A DNA stretch of 64,000 nt, taken from the NCBI RefSeq assembly GCF_021869535.1, contig NW_026262668.1, positions 104,904,001 to 104,968,000 on the forward strand, in the 5' to 3' direction. This document shows positions 49,101 through 62,035 of the stretch, in pieces (the stretch's first letter is position 1; each line of letters opens with the position of its first letter). This DNA comes from Mytilus californianus. Lineage: Eukaryota. A program made the translations under genes and the position numbers. The notes beneath the pieces were generated by a model that did no database searches, was not told where the DNA came from, and worked only from the letters and a program-made list of their open reading frames with translations.

Positions 49101-52100
49101 CAGCCACAATTAAATAGTGTCAGTTTTTGGCATTATTTACCAGTAGATTTCAAAATAATTCATGAAATTATTAGGCTTAAAATGTCGTACTATTTTGCTA
49201 TACACTGACCTAATAGCAGCATGCCCCATAATAGGTACTGCAGAATCGTCGAGGTTATAGATGAACTCTGACCTCAAGGAGGATGGAACTCCTTCACTTA
49301 TGCTCGGCCACAAATTCACACCATCAATCCCACTTACTTGAAAAAAAGGATAAATCCAAAGATTAAAATGTACCACGAATATTCCATTTTCACTAGTTCA
49401 GAACAAATGATCATCAATTAAAATTGAGGAAGACGAGAGTAGATGCAGTTAGTGGGTTCACATCTCAGCAAAAGTGTCTCAAATATTCACTTTTGCTGAT
49501 TTAATCATTGATTTAATATCAAATTCCCTGACAAAATGTAACGTTTTAAACCAATTAAATGACTAAAATGTCAAACATAGTAGTAACAATGTTGAAAGCA
49601 GTGCGACCGAACCAAAGTGAAGATCAAAAGGAGTGACAGTATTTTCCTACCGCTCAACTGTTTGAAATTGTCATTATAACATAGAATTTAGGTTTTCTTA
49701 TGACAAATTTGAAAAGAGAATATACATTTGTAATTCTGTTTTAGAAAAGACAAACAAACATTTCAAACTGGTCTTTAAAAAGTCTATTACATTACTTTAT
49801 GTTTTTGTAAAGACAATATTTCATCAGGGTGAGAGCAAAATTTTTATTGATGTGCCAATCTTTCTAAGAATCAGGCAGTTGGAAATACACGACAAACGAA
49901 ACCCGCTCAAGTTTACTTTAATGAATGTTATAATGGTTCAGAATGTATAATGATTTTCGAATATAACATTCGATTCCTTTTCTTTGTCTGGTATTTTTAG
50001 ATATAATTTGGTTGAAATGCACTGAAAATTAACAATTAAGGGGAGCTAACTCCGTAATTTGCTATCATTTTAACCAAAGCTTATCTAGATATTTCTCAAG
50101 TTATCAGACACGCAGTAACGAAAGACCTACAATTTCTAACTCAGGAGGCGGGTAACTTCAAAATAGGATGGTTAGGATGGCCGTTTTATTCGGCCATGTT
50201 TTGAAATTCTTCTATATTGCCTGATTCTTACAAAGAGTGACACTTAATCTCCGTGTCTGCCTTACAGACAAGATAAAATTAACATCGTTAGTATTTTATT
50301 ATTTAACGAGTATAGAGATTTTTTTTCGATGTGTATTCATCCTTTTTCAGATTGTCTTTTGATAAGGGACTTCCCGTTTTGAGTTTTCCATGAAGTATTT
50401 TTATCATTTTACTTTTTACAAGTACCGAGTGTAATTTATTTCATCTGTTTCAACGGTTAAGTGTTAAGTCACAAATTTGTCAAACAGAAAAATGTTTATG
50501 TTATCGGCTATGTCTCGGACTTTGATCTTTGGCAGAAAATTACCAACTGTTATTTAATTTATACATAGGACCTCATATTTGAAACTGACTGAAAAATATA
50601 TATACCTTGACCTCCTCCTCCAGCAGAAGAGATAATTGTTGGCATCCAGTCCACAGCATGAATCATACTAAAACAACAACATTAAAGCAAACAATAAACT
50701 GAATATTGGAAGTTAACAACTCGAATTGTTAATTACATTTTTTGTATAGATTATAATGGCAATTTCGAAGTAAAAATATAATTTGTAGTTTATTTAATGC
50801 ATTACTTCGAAGCTTCTTTTTTTTGATTGTTCAACAACCAACAAAGCAAGTACACCATTGATTTAATTACAATCAATACTGGAATTATGTTTCTTATAAT
50901 AATGGAAATAAATTCTCAATACAACAATCAACTCAAAAAAGGAACTGTTACTATTATATTTATTACCCATCGAAAACAGTATTAGGTTTCTGAAGTCCCG
51001 AACCATATACGAAAGCTGAAGCCCGAGTTCCTCCTTCATATACTGTTGTCTTACCCCCTCTCAGTGGGTAATTATTCCCAGAATAGGTTGGCGAACCACC
51101 ATTCTAAAACATAGTTCGTTTCTTCCTTGAAAAATAACGTTAAACTTATTTGTATAAGATTAATTAGTAAACACAAAGAAACTTTCAGATTAGTGAATAA
51201 ATTCTACATTGAATTAGGATGAAATAATTTACGCCGAACGAGCGTTTCATCTACAAAAGAATCATCAGCGACGCTCAAATCTTAAAATTCTAAAAGGCCA
51301 AATAAAGTACGAAGTTGAAGAGCATTGAGGACCGCAAAATATCCGAAAGGTTTTGCAAAATACAGCTAAGGTATTCTCTTCCTGGGGTAGAACATCCTTA
51401 GCATTTAAAAAAACTTAAAATTTTGTAAAAAAAACCAATTATAAATATAAATCAATTGTTTTAAAAACAATTGTTAACTGTCTTTCCCTTCCAAAACATT
51501 GATTAATTAATTGATTGATTGATTGATTGGTTGGTTAGTTGGTTGACTGATATACTAATTAAACACATGGGATAGGGTCTCTTGGAACAAGCAAAAAAGA
51601 AACAAATGAGATCTTGGACCCGTATTAAACAGATTGATTGATTGGTTGGTAGGTTGGTTGGTTGGTTGGTTGGTTGGTTGGTTGGTTAGTTGATTGATTG
51701 ATTGATTGAATGTTTGCATGGGACTCTCTATATGCGAGGCATCGGATTTAACGTCCGTATTCTGACAAAACGTGGATGCGTACTTGTTTATCGCGGACTG
51801 TCAAACGGACGGCTTGGATTCCCTAATGAATAAAAATCCTAATATCTTCCTTTAATTAATTTTCTTTATTTTCTACGGGAACTTGGACTTCATGTTTTTT
51901 TGTTTTGTTGTGTGTGCATTTTTTTTAACTTAGGGGGGAGAGAGAGTGTAGTGGTAGACTGTGGTTGATAATTGAGATAAGAAACTTTTACAACATGATA
52001 GCTGCAAAGTTTGAAGTTTTGATAAGTAATCTGTTGATTAGATCATAACAGGGGCAATGACTCTTCAATAAAATGACGCGTACCATTTGGACAAAAAATT

Positions 52101-55100
52101 CCAATAAGTAAACAGTGAATAGGGAGATAACTCTTACAAAGAAAATTGTTCGGCTTAGAATGGGTGAAAATAAAAAGCGCATAAACTGTATGATACTATA
52201 TAAGGAATATCTTAGCGACATATTGCGAAACAAAAATTTTACGCGATAAAAAAAATTTGGCGGAAGAAAAAAAAAAAATAATCAGAACAAATACTATAGG
52301 TCTTTCCACAGAAAAGTGGAAAGACCTAATAATCAGAACAAAACCAATAGGTCTTTCCACAGAAAAGTGGAAAGACCTAATTATGACCATATCAGTGACG
52401 ATTCATGTTGAGTGTTGAATACTGGGCTGGTGATACCATCGGGGAGGAAACCTCCACCAGCAGTGGCATCGACCCAGAGATTATCAATAAACATTAGTAG
52501 CATTAGGTCAAACATAAATAATGAATATTTACAAATAAGATGACAGAGGAACAAATTAAACAACGTTAATTCAATTAATATTGCTTAAAACATCTGACAG
52601 TGTGAAAAATTGGGAGAATAGTTACATACCAATCATATATAGATCAATATAAATCAAAGGATTTCATCACATTTTCTGATGAACAAGAATAACTTTATGT
52701 TTCAGTATAACAAATAAACAGTAACCTTTCAAACTTGATAATGCTCGGATGGGTTCTGTATTACCCTAATATGTATTAATTATTTTTCAATGATACGATG
52801 TTTTCATCTTTACAAATACACAAAATATGGAATTCACCTGCAATATAAAAGGAGATATTGAATGATTGTCAATTAGAGTCAAAATAACTTGGATGTAAGC
52901 AACTTTTGGTTACTGTATGACCTTCAACAATGATCATCGTGAAATGTTCCTCAAAACAACTGATGACAGTAATCAAAGTCTCAAATGACTTTGTATTGTA
53001 TCTTTTTGGCATATGAATAAACATGTATGTTTGTGTTCAATATAAAAAAAGATATGTCAATATACTAGTAGTCCTGATAACATAAATGATACTATTAAAC
53101 TTTTCATAATCTTACATCTGTAGTAAATATGATAAGGGTATCTTCAAACATTCCGTTACGCTTCAGTGAATCTGTAACGTTTCCAATGGCATCATCTAGT
53201 GCTGTTACCATTCCTGTAAAATCAAAACATCATTGATTTTCTATTTTGAGGAAAGTTTCAGTATAAAATGTATTATGTAATATAAGACCTGCATTCCACT
53301 TTAGCAAAAACGTTTTTACATCTATGCAATAGAAGAAGTGTTGTGTTACAGTAAGTTATACAGCAAAAAAAGTGAATACAAACAATCAATAGAGGTCAAT
53401 ACACAATAATCAGTGATGGTCAAGCTTTCATCTAGATCTAAATTGTCTATCCAATAAATTCAAATTTAATAGCCTAATATGAATTGAACAAAACTGAAAA
53501 CTAATGCTGGCATAAAATTGCATATTTCCCTTTGACTTCTTTAAGAAATTTTGTATGCTGTCACTGAGTCAAAAACTGACAAAAAATGAACTAACTGAGT
53601 ACCACAATTATTGTAGTGGTTACTGTACTGCATTCAATACTGAACAAAACAATCCATTCTGAAGAACAATGACTTAGATGATTGATGTGTCTTTCATCAT
53701 CATTTTAGCATTTAGTCCTGTGTTCTCTCACCAGAAAGTTCCCAGTTATATGTTTTAAATATGAGTGTCAACACACTCATTGGCTAATTCATAGTAATAT
53801 GTTGCAATTTAGAAATTATGAATATGGCAATGAGCTGACTATTTGGAAAAAAATATATAAACCAAGTCTTTTTGATCGAGTTTAATCATCTCAATCGATC
53901 TTTTAGTGTGTCATTTTATGTTGTTATGTTTCACTACTGTCTCAGGTTAGGGTGAAGATTGGCACCTGTTATAACGTTTCAACCCACTGCATTTTTATGC
54001 ACCTGTCCTAAGTCAGGAGCCTGTTGTTCAGTAGTTGTAATTTGTTAGTGTGGTTCAAAAATGTTTCTCGTTTCTCGTTTTTTTTATATATATTAGGCCA
54101 TTTGTTTTCCTGTTTGAATTGTTCTACACTAGTCTTTTTGGGGACCCTTTATAGCTGGCTGTTCTATGTGAGCCAAGGCTCCGTGTTGAAGGCCGTAATT
54201 TGACCTATAATTCTTAACTATTCTATACATTGTGACTTGGATTTAAAGTATTACTTGTACTCATACCACATCTCCTTGTTTATATTTACAAGTATAGAGA
54301 ATATTACCCGAAAATTTTCGTCTTCCTTCATTCTTTATGTCTTGGTACATATTTTCGTAAATTTCAGGAACCTAAAATATAAATAATATTTACTGTCGTT
54401 TCATTAATTTTGGTGGGTACCAACTTTAGTGAATACCAGTTTTTGTGGACTAATGAAAACTTACCACTTAGCTGTGAAACATTATTTTCCCTATAATTTG
54501 TTAATATTTTGTTGTTCATGTGAGCAATTTTCACTTTCCGAATTGTTTTTAAATCATTTACTTTGGTAGTTTGCATTCGCTTTTGTAAATTTACTTTCAA
54601 TAGACGCTCTAAGTAAAATATTTGTAAGCTAATGATGTTTGAAAAAAGGCTATAAGAAAAAGGCTTAAGCAAAAACCAGCCAAATACATCCACGGTCAAC
54701 TTTACATTTTGGTATATAAAAACAGGAAGAAGAACATGTTATAAATCGATCAGTACCGAAGCAACAACTACTGATCAAATAACCTCGGGGAAAAAAGTCC
54801 ACAAGTAGCTGTATTGAACAAAAGCTAGAAATACGATGATAAAAAATTGTAGGCGTCCTAGCTTCATCAGGGACGCTCAGAGCCAATGATGTATAACCAT
54901 AGAAAAAAAGCGAAGGGCCATATATTTTAACGAAAAACTTATTTCAAATGAGCGTGTGAAACAAATGATAAATATGATTTCAGTGTTTGTGTCAGTGATT
55001 GGTTCAATCAGTCAGCAAATGTTCACACCTTAAATGCAATGTTAGTGAAACCAAAGTTAAATAAAATACTCCAAACACTGCGAAAATGCCAAAAAAAAAA

Positions 55101-58100
55101 AAACCAAAACATAGCATGTGTCGCCGAATTATCATTTATAAATATATACATGATTCTAACTCTTAGTGTCAAAAATATACCTATTCTCTCCAATAGAATG
55201 TTGCATCCTCGGACAACACACCCTCATGTTGATATATTTAGTAAGTATTGTCTTAAATAAGCCTTGTTGTTTCAAGGTGAACTGCTGCATACATGTATAT
55301 TCGGTTTTCAAATTAACGTAGCCAGCATATTACGTTTCTTGAAGTAATCCAATATAAGCTTAGACGCAATTCTCTTAATTAAATCTTCTTTTAAATTTAA
55401 CCAACAATTATTCATTAAGATTATTTTAATGGTACAGTTTTCTAAAATTAATATGAATAAAAACAACGAACATACTGGCAAAATGGCGGATTACTTTTTG
55501 AAAAAAAATTATCAAAGATACAAGTTAATAATTTAAACACGCGTTTTGGCTACACAAGATTCAAAAGTGGCACTCGAATTAAAAAAAGGGGGAACAAATA
55601 AAATTCAAACTTGAGGAGCACAGTTAACCAAAATAAAAAAAGGGGCAAATATGGCTAAGGTCGTCTAGGGTGTGGGGCAGAAAACCTTAGAGTTTTGAAT
55701 AATGCAGCATTTTATGAATAGCAAGTTGACGGCATCAACGATAGTTCATGTCAGTTCAGAAGTGCTATCAACTGCAATGATAATACCTTTTGAACGAAAC
55801 GTCCCCCAACAGTGGTATCGACCAAATATTTGTAAAATTCCACCAATAATACAATAGGTTGATAATTTAGGTAGTCTGATTTGCATTTCGTCTATACAAA
55901 ACTTATCAGAGGCGCTCCAAACAAATAGTTGATAGGACAAATAAAACACGAAATTAAAGAGCAATGAGAAAAAAATAAAAGAAAAGTGTTAGTTCAAATC
56001 TGTTTAATGACATCTATGCATTGGGATGAAAAAATCTCAGAGTTTCGAACAATTCAACATTTTATAGACTGTAAATTGTATGAAAATGATTATCACTACT
56101 ACATGTCAGTGAAGAGGTGAAGACTTTTGAACTGGTGATACCTTAAGGGACGAAACATGCACCAGTAATTGGATCGACCCCGTGGTTTTTTAAACTCAGA
56201 AAAGATACCAAGGTTATGTTTTAGTATGCCAAACGATTCGTGTAACAAGCTTAAGACTCATTAATGACACCCGACTCAAAACAGCTGGAAGGCAAAATCC
56301 AATACAAAGTTGAAGAGCATTAAAAATATGAAATTTCATAAAACTTTATCAATGATTGATTATGCCAATTATGCATTAGGGTAGAAAACCCTTAGAGTTT
56401 CGAATAATTAATCATTCTACAAGCAGTAACACAAAATGACTGTATCAATTATAAACTGTATGTATGTATTATCTTTTAACAATTTGAAGCAATGTTAAAC
56501 ATCTTATTTACATCTATAACTTTGTTTCAAGATTAAAACTTTTTTAAGCATTTTTCCACAGGAGATTAATTAGTTATGTGTGCATTTCCAGTGGCAAATA
56601 TTTCAAGCAAATTCAGGACAAAATGAATGTAAGACAATATATATATTTTACTCGTATATGCAAAGACACAGTTATCAGATAATAACAAATATATAATTGC
56701 TGTTTCAAAATAACTTTAAATTAGCAATATTACCGTAGTAAACAAAATATTGGCTTACCAATTTTAAAAACCTCAATAGCAAAAAGATTTTTTTTTATTA
56801 TCATTAGTTGTTCCAATTATTGTAAATGACATGTGACCACACAATATTAACTATTCAAGAACACCTAGGGTTACACCCAGAGCAAACTAAATGTTACTGT
56901 CCTTGCCTTGCAGTATCAATGGCAATGGTAATGGTGTGTGCTTTCGCAATGTTCTTGTTGATTTTTTTTCAGCATCACTTTCTTTCTAATATCGGTAAAC
57001 CTGTAAAACAGTGATACCACAATAATATCAGTGACAAATTACCTCTATAGGTTCATGAACTGACTGGAAAGGAAGGTACAAGAACAGTGGTTGATTTTTG
57101 TTGTGTGCGGTGATCACTTTGTCTGCTCGTCGGGCATAGGCATACTGTAAAATGAAGAAAAAAAAATATGAAACTTAATACTAATGTTCATCTTAAAATA
57201 TGAATTTTAAATAAAGGTAACAGTATTATACCTGTGATCAAAAGTCATAAATCGATTGAGAGAAAACAAATCCGGGTTACAAACTAAAACCGAGGTAAAC
57301 ACATCAACAATAAGACGAAAACAAAGGAGCACCTGGACCACTGAAGTGCAACAAAAACAAACGCCAACATACATAGAAACGAATTATTTGATACAACTGC
57401 CTTTTCCTGACTTGGTACAGGACATTTTAAGAAAAAATGGTGGGTTGAACCTGTTTTTTTTGCTAGCCAAACCTCCCGCTTTAAATGACAATGTTAAAAA
57501 ATATCGCTAAAATGACAACACTACGTGACAGAAATACAGCATCAACACACATTTAAAGCATATGCAAAATTACGGGTTTAAAACAAAATGTCTCTGTTCA
57601 CTTGAACTGGTAAATGTTATGGTGCTTTTGTTTTTTCTAGTCTTAAGAACAGGTTTTCTTGCTGAAATAGATCGTGTTTTGGCGCGTTTAAACACCATTG
57701 TTTACCCAATAGACCAGATCATTACACCCACACACATATATACACAAGCACACGCACACACTTCATAATCTTATAAACCTTGCCATCTTACCGTAGAGTA
57801 TTCGTTTGGTCGTATTGGTTCTTTATTATCACGGAAATCTGACCCATTAACTGAAATAAGGAGAAATGAAATTTAAAATTTCCGAAACGCATGTAGCAGT
57901 ATAAGCCTGATATCTAATGTATATTCATTTGTATATTTATTTTCAAATATGAAATTGTTAATTACTGGAATTAGACAAACATAGACCAATCTCCTACTTA
58001 AAAAAGTGTTCTATTGTCATTTAACTTTGTATATTTGACCTATACGTGTAGTAAAGACAGAAATGACTATTGAATATATATTGCTTTTTATATCTTATGT

Positions 58101-61100
58101 CTCAGACTTACAAATTGTATAGTTATAGTAATCTTCTTTTCCGTTATAATATCCATAAAATGTATCGAACCCACGGTATGTCGGAGTACATTCCCATTTG
58201 CACATTCCTAAATGCCATCTGAAATATATATACATGTTTTATCCGCGATTTCTCATTTTCATTTTTGATGACACATAGTTTATAAACAAATTATTTAATA
58301 ATCTTTAACTTATGTATATACCGATTTTCATCCAACAATTCTGAAATATTTCAGAATTATATCAGTAACCATTTTTAAAAAGCTTTGAAATCAAAACTCA
58401 AAAGACCAATATGGGATATGATGAAAATGACAAATCAGGAAAGAGTGTTGACTACAAATGACGTACGCTTACGCAAAGGAAGTAAGTCTATGACTTTTTA
58501 TTATTGACTATTGAAAAAAAAATACTAATATAAGTAAACAAAAAAAATTTGTATACTTTCCAATCATATGTGTTGCATATCCAAGCTCTTTCAGTTTCTG
58601 TGGCAGAAATGTTCGATTAAGGGGTGCACATGATGGCGCCCATGGTACAATGACAAAATTCTGGAAGAAACAGAAAAATCAATGGTGATATTTTGTCAAA
58701 AGTATAGTTAAATTGTTTTAATATATAACGTCTCACAATTTTTTCCATTGATTTGTATAAAGTTGACGGATAATGCTTAAACGTTGTGTTGAAAAAAAAT
58801 AATGTTGGCAAAATATTCAAATGTACATCTGACGGTGAATGTATGGGAAACTGTTTGATACCTTGAGACCAATTTTGTGTCTGAACTGCTCATTTCTATT
58901 TTTAAATTTGAAATAATAAATAACGAAAACACTTTTATCTAAAGGAATAAGAGTCAACATATTCGTCACGTTTACTGTTTTCTTCGTCTTATTTGTCTCA
59001 GATTCGCTCCAATAATATTTGCTTTTAGGCACATCATGGTTCATTGTTGTTTTGAATGTTTTGTTGCTAATAGTTTATATATTTTTTGCATAAGAAGTCT
59101 GTTTGAATTGCACATTTGCACAAATATTGTTGATACCTTCCAACTCATTTCTTATTATGGCAAATCTTAGAACAAAAGAATTGTAAATAAAATTTTCGAC
59201 CGGAATATTATAAAAAACACAAGTCTCATTCACTTAAACCGTGTAGTAGTTTCCGGATTTGTGGTTCATAAATACTCGTCTTTGTATTAAGTAGTATAGA
59301 TTTCTTTTATTAGACTATGCTTACTACAAGAGAAATTATATTACCTGTAATCCTGATTTGAATGGATAAAATCCTGATAAAAAGGCGTTTCTTGACCTAA
59401 AAGATGAAAGTATCATTCGCTCAGAAATTCGCATGCACGAATCTGTAAACATGAAAAGCATACAAATATTTCCATAAATATCATAGCTGACCATGTTTGA
59501 TCTCCAAAAGAAACAAAAATCACCATATATGTTACAGGCATTTTCTGAATTTAGGCATTTTGTAAAATGACTGAAAACCTTAGGCATTTTGTAAAATGAC
59601 TGAAAACCTTAGGCATTTTGTAAAATGCCTGCAAGTTTCAGGCATTTTATATATTGACTGATTTAAAAAAAAAATGACTAGAAATATTGAAAGGCATTTT
59701 ACAAAAAGACTGAATTTTTTTTAAGGAATGAAAGGTTCACAGACACTGAGCCATTGAAAGTATTGAACAACAGAGAAGTTTTACCTTTGATAATTAATGA
59801 ATTTAACGCTTGCATTTTCAGAGTTTTAACTATAAAAAATAAATCTATACTAAATTGTTTAAAATTCACACAAGCACTGAACTCGATAATTGTTTACAAC
59901 AGGACAAGGCTTTGTAAGGTGAAACCCATGCTAAAGACGGGAATCAGTTTTGCTGTTGAGGATGTATAAATTCCATTTTATTGTATAAATGTGGACATTG
60001 AATATGATGCTTCGTGTAAGGAGGGTGCGGAGCTCTGCACTTTGAAAACGATTTGATCTTTCTGTAGAAGGCAAATTTAGACATCAATAACTGTCAAACC
60101 TACAATGAATTTGATGAAATTTGGACAGAAGCTTGTTCATGACCAAACGACAGTATCTTCAGGAAATCTTTAAAAATATCTTTTTTTCCTTTAACTTTTC
60201 TGTTTTTACTGATATATGCACATCAATTACTTTGTCAAACCTTCATAGGAATTTTATGAAACCTTGACTGAAGCATTTTATTTATGATTAGGAGATAATG
60301 TCAGGTGCAAACGTTTGACAATTTTATTTTCATTTCCAGTTTATTTTTCTAATAGATGGATATAGCTTTTATACAGCTGAATTTCAGAACCAGCCAAAAG
60401 AAAAAATGTTCATGTCATAAATAACTCTGTAAAATTTTCATAGAATTTTATCAACTTCGGAAAGAAGCTTGTTTGTGACCAAGCGACAGTATCCAGAGCA
60501 AAATTTTGGAAATTATGATTTTCATTTTCCCGTATTTTATTGACAGAGGGACTTCAAATACCTTGTTAAACCTTCATAGAATTTTCTGAAACTTTGACAG
60601 AAGTTTTTCAATAAATAGATAAAAATGTCTGAAGCACAATTTCGAAAATATTTTTTTCATTTTCAGTATTTTTCTGATAGATGTATTTATTTTTTTTACA
60701 GTAAACATTTACAGACAATCTGGAATTACATTTTTTTGACATGATTGGTTTGTATACCTTCATAGATTGTTATAAAACTTGGACAGATAATAATCTTAAA
60801 ACAAATATAACATCTAAAGAAAATGTTTGATTGTTTTTAATTCTTTATTATAAACGGACTAACTTTTTGTAATGAATATTTCATTTTAACACTGACAACA
60901 GCAATCGCAGGCAAGACACAGGGTTCCGAAGAATCTTTACGATTTTTTCTACAAATTACCTGAAACTGAACATGCAATTTGCTGAATTGTGGTTCAAATT
61001 GTCAATCATTTTTCAAAATGGATAGGTTTTTTTAATCATTTTATATAATGCCTATCTAAGTTAGGCATTTTATAAATTGCCTGAAAATTCAGATATTGTA

Positions 61101-61724
61101 CAAAATGCCTAAACTAGAAAATGCCTGTGACATATATACATATATATTTGAAACAGTTGAAGACGAATTTACTAACAATTTTCACAAAGTGATATACAAG
61201 CAACGCAGATAAAATAATCAAATTGAAAGTCTTGTAAAATGTAGGAACAGGCTACCGTAGGCTGTCGTATTGATCTCAATAGGCAACACTGAGGTTGTGA
61301 GTTCAAATCCCGCACAAGGCAGGTGCACTCGACTCCAATCTTAATTGACAAGAATTATCAGTTTTCCTACAGAAGGTCGGTGGTTATCTCTCGGGAACTA
61401 GAGCTTCCTCCACCAAAAAAAAAAAACCAAAACTGACCGCCACGAAATAACACAATAGTGTTGAAAGTGGCGTTAAACACCAATCAATCAATAAATCAAT
61501 CAATTGTATTGATCTAACTTACCGTTCTGAAGTTATAAGACTTATGTCAATAGCTCCAGACTCGAGCATGAAACAAGGTCTTTGTGCATAATTTGTAGTT
61601 ATGAATACCTACGGAGAACAGACTGGTTGTACATAAGAATTGTTCAATATCATCCCATGCTTTGCTAGATAGTTTATGTTAGGAGAAATAACAGCCGGAT
61701 TACGGAATCCTACATCGTTCCATC
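45934..61724 (-). CDS. ARSB-like: Arylsulfatase B-like sulfatase (family S1), 5'-partial, 13 coding exons in window (~442 aa)
   Basis: complement join(61724-61613,59396-59345,58660-58557,58218-58112,57850-57792,57144-57043,54371-54308,53213-53116,51103-50967,50667-50606,49336-49210,48985-48855,46106-45934). Introns are GT-AG and phases are consistent. Motifs: CSPSR (formylglycine signature), GYATHMIGKWHLG, PLFLYLPFQSVHEP, TTDNGG, NYPLRGGK, YEGGTR, DWMPT, DDPNER, GWC*. The first exon (expected ...ADDL) was not found in the window. Confidence 0.96.
46630..47570 (+). pseudogene. Degenerate N-terminal RT region of a Penelope-like element in the last sulfatase intron
   Basis: Frame-broken remnants LLIDAVDDYARKWIKR, LHDKY, RYMARSSKC, KYLALGHEKSYFAKN and EFGEFIFQQTVGIPFGTN; explains ORFs 46943-47197 and 47202-47426. 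Confidence 0.75.
47692..48263 (-). mobile_element. Complete ~570-bp MITE (possibly Kolobok-type)
   Basis: TIRs GGTAGCAATATACAGTTAGG / CCTATAACTGTGTATTGCTACC; flanks TTTA / TTAG resemble TTAA. Confidence 0.75.
48855..48985 (-). CDS. ARSB-like: Arylsulfatase exon
   Basis: (R)MGDYKLIEGFAGVYNGWYPVPENEEDSEKDEPKEEYYQLYNLR(D). Confidence 0.94.
49210..49336 (-). CDS. ARSB-like: Arylsulfatase exon
   Basis: (V)SGIDGVNLWPSISEGVPSSLRSEFIYNLDDSAVPIMGHAAI(R). Confidence 0.93.
50606..50667 (-). CDS. ARSB-like: Arylsulfatase exon
   Basis: (G)MIHAVDWMPTIISSAGGGGQ(V). Confidence 0.94.
50967..51103 (-). CDS. ARSB-like: Arylsulfatase exon
   Basis: NGGSPTYSGNNYPLRGGKTTVYEGGTRASAFVYGSGLQKPNTVFD(G). Confidence 0.95.
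51231..51276 (-). ncRNA. Minimal type I hammerhead ribozyme motif (degenerate) in a repeat
   Basis: Minus strand GAGCGUCG-CUGAUGA-UUCU-UUUGU-AGAU-GAAA-C-GCUC-GUU-CGGCGU; stem I GCGUCG/CGGCGU pairs fully including wobbles. Confidence 0.7.
51501..51708. repeat. (GATT)n/(GGTT)n microsatellite blocks
   Basis: Visible tetranucleotide runs at 51501-51548 and 51634-51708. Confidence 0.9.
52270..52382. repeat. ~48-bp tandem duplication of a hairpin-forming element terminus
   Basis: aataatcagaacaaa..ataggtctttccacagaaaagtggaaagacct x2; inverted relative at 63705-63800. Confidence 0.75.
53116..53213 (-). CDS. ARSB-like: Arylsulfatase exon
   Basis: (G)MVTALDDAIGNVTDSLKRNGMFEDTLIIFTTD. Confidence 0.94.
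53925..54285 (+). mobile_element. Interspersed repeat family A copy
   Basis: Near reverse complement of 9135-9480. Confidence 0.75.
54308..54371 (-). CDS. ARSB-like: Arylsulfatase exon
   Basis: VPEIYENMYQDIKNEGRRKFS(G). Confidence 0.93.
57043..57144 (-). CDS. ARSB-like: Arylsulfatase exon
   Basis: YAYARRADKVITAHNKNQPLFLYLPFQSVHEPIE. Confidence 0.94.
57792..57850 (-). CDS. ARSB-like: Arylsulfatase exon
   Basis: (F)NGSDFRDNKEPIRPNEYST. Confidence 0.92.
58112..58218 (-). CDS. ARSB-like: Arylsulfatase exon
   Basis: (K)WHLGMCKWECTPTYRGFDTFYGYYNGKEDYYNYTI(F). Confidence 0.94.
58557..58660 (-). CDS. ARSB-like: Arylsulfatase exon
   Basis: NFVIVPWAPSCAPLNRTFLPQKLKELGYATHMIG(K). Confidence 0.94.
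59345..59396 (-). CDS. ARSB-like: Arylsulfatase exon
   Basis: (P)SRNAFLSGFYPFKSGLQ. Confidence 0.93.
59526..61137. mobile_element. TIR element with a nested HINE-like insertion (~60005-60950)
   Basis: tatatgttacaggcattttct / agaaaatgcctgtgacatata TIRs; 29-bp subterminal repeats aggcattttgtaaaatgactgaaaacctt x3; internal tandem units of gaaatttggacagaag type. Confidence 0.65.
61287..61505 (+). mobile_element. tRNA-derived SINE (5'-truncated)
   Basis: B-box gagttcaaatccc, core gaaggtcggtggtt..cttcctccacc, tail gttgaaagtggcgttaaacacc + (AATC)n. Confidence 0.75.
61613..61724 (-). CDS. ARSB-like: Arylsulfatase exon (catalytic Cys)
   Basis: (G)WNDVGFRNPAVISPNINYLAKHGMILNNSYVQPVCS(P). Confidence 0.94.
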
Positions 61725-62035
61725 CTGAAACATTAAATACGTAATATTGACTGATTACCAACACACAAATATAAGTAATCTAAACGAATTATATATTAAA
61801 TGACGAGTCCGGTGTTCTCGACACTCGTCCTTATCATATGTTGTTTAAAAGGAAACTAAATTCTACAGTAACAATCCAAAACGTTGTTTTGATAATAGAT
61901 ATACAACACCATGGACAAAGAGAAAATAATGCCCAGACGAATAGCTATTCACAAAACACTATATGAACACTGGTTCAAGTCAGGTCAGATTAAGAAAACT
62001 AAAAGGACAGATCTAGAATACTGTGAGGTCAATGT

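Noticed and set aside
55746-55964. 72-aa minus-strand ORF inside the sulfatase
   Set aside because: Not needed: flanking exons 57043 and 54371 join in phase to give HEPIE-VPEIY; no sulfatase motif
56826-57014. 62-aa Cys/hydrophobic ORF and a cryptic minus-strand acceptor at 57001
   Set aside because: The acceptor would leave a 42-nt intron and hits a stop after four codons; the ORF is antisense and intronic with no homology signal
61287-61320. tRNA-like B-box
   Set aside because: No A-box or cloverleaf; it is the head of a SINE with core and (AATC)n tail
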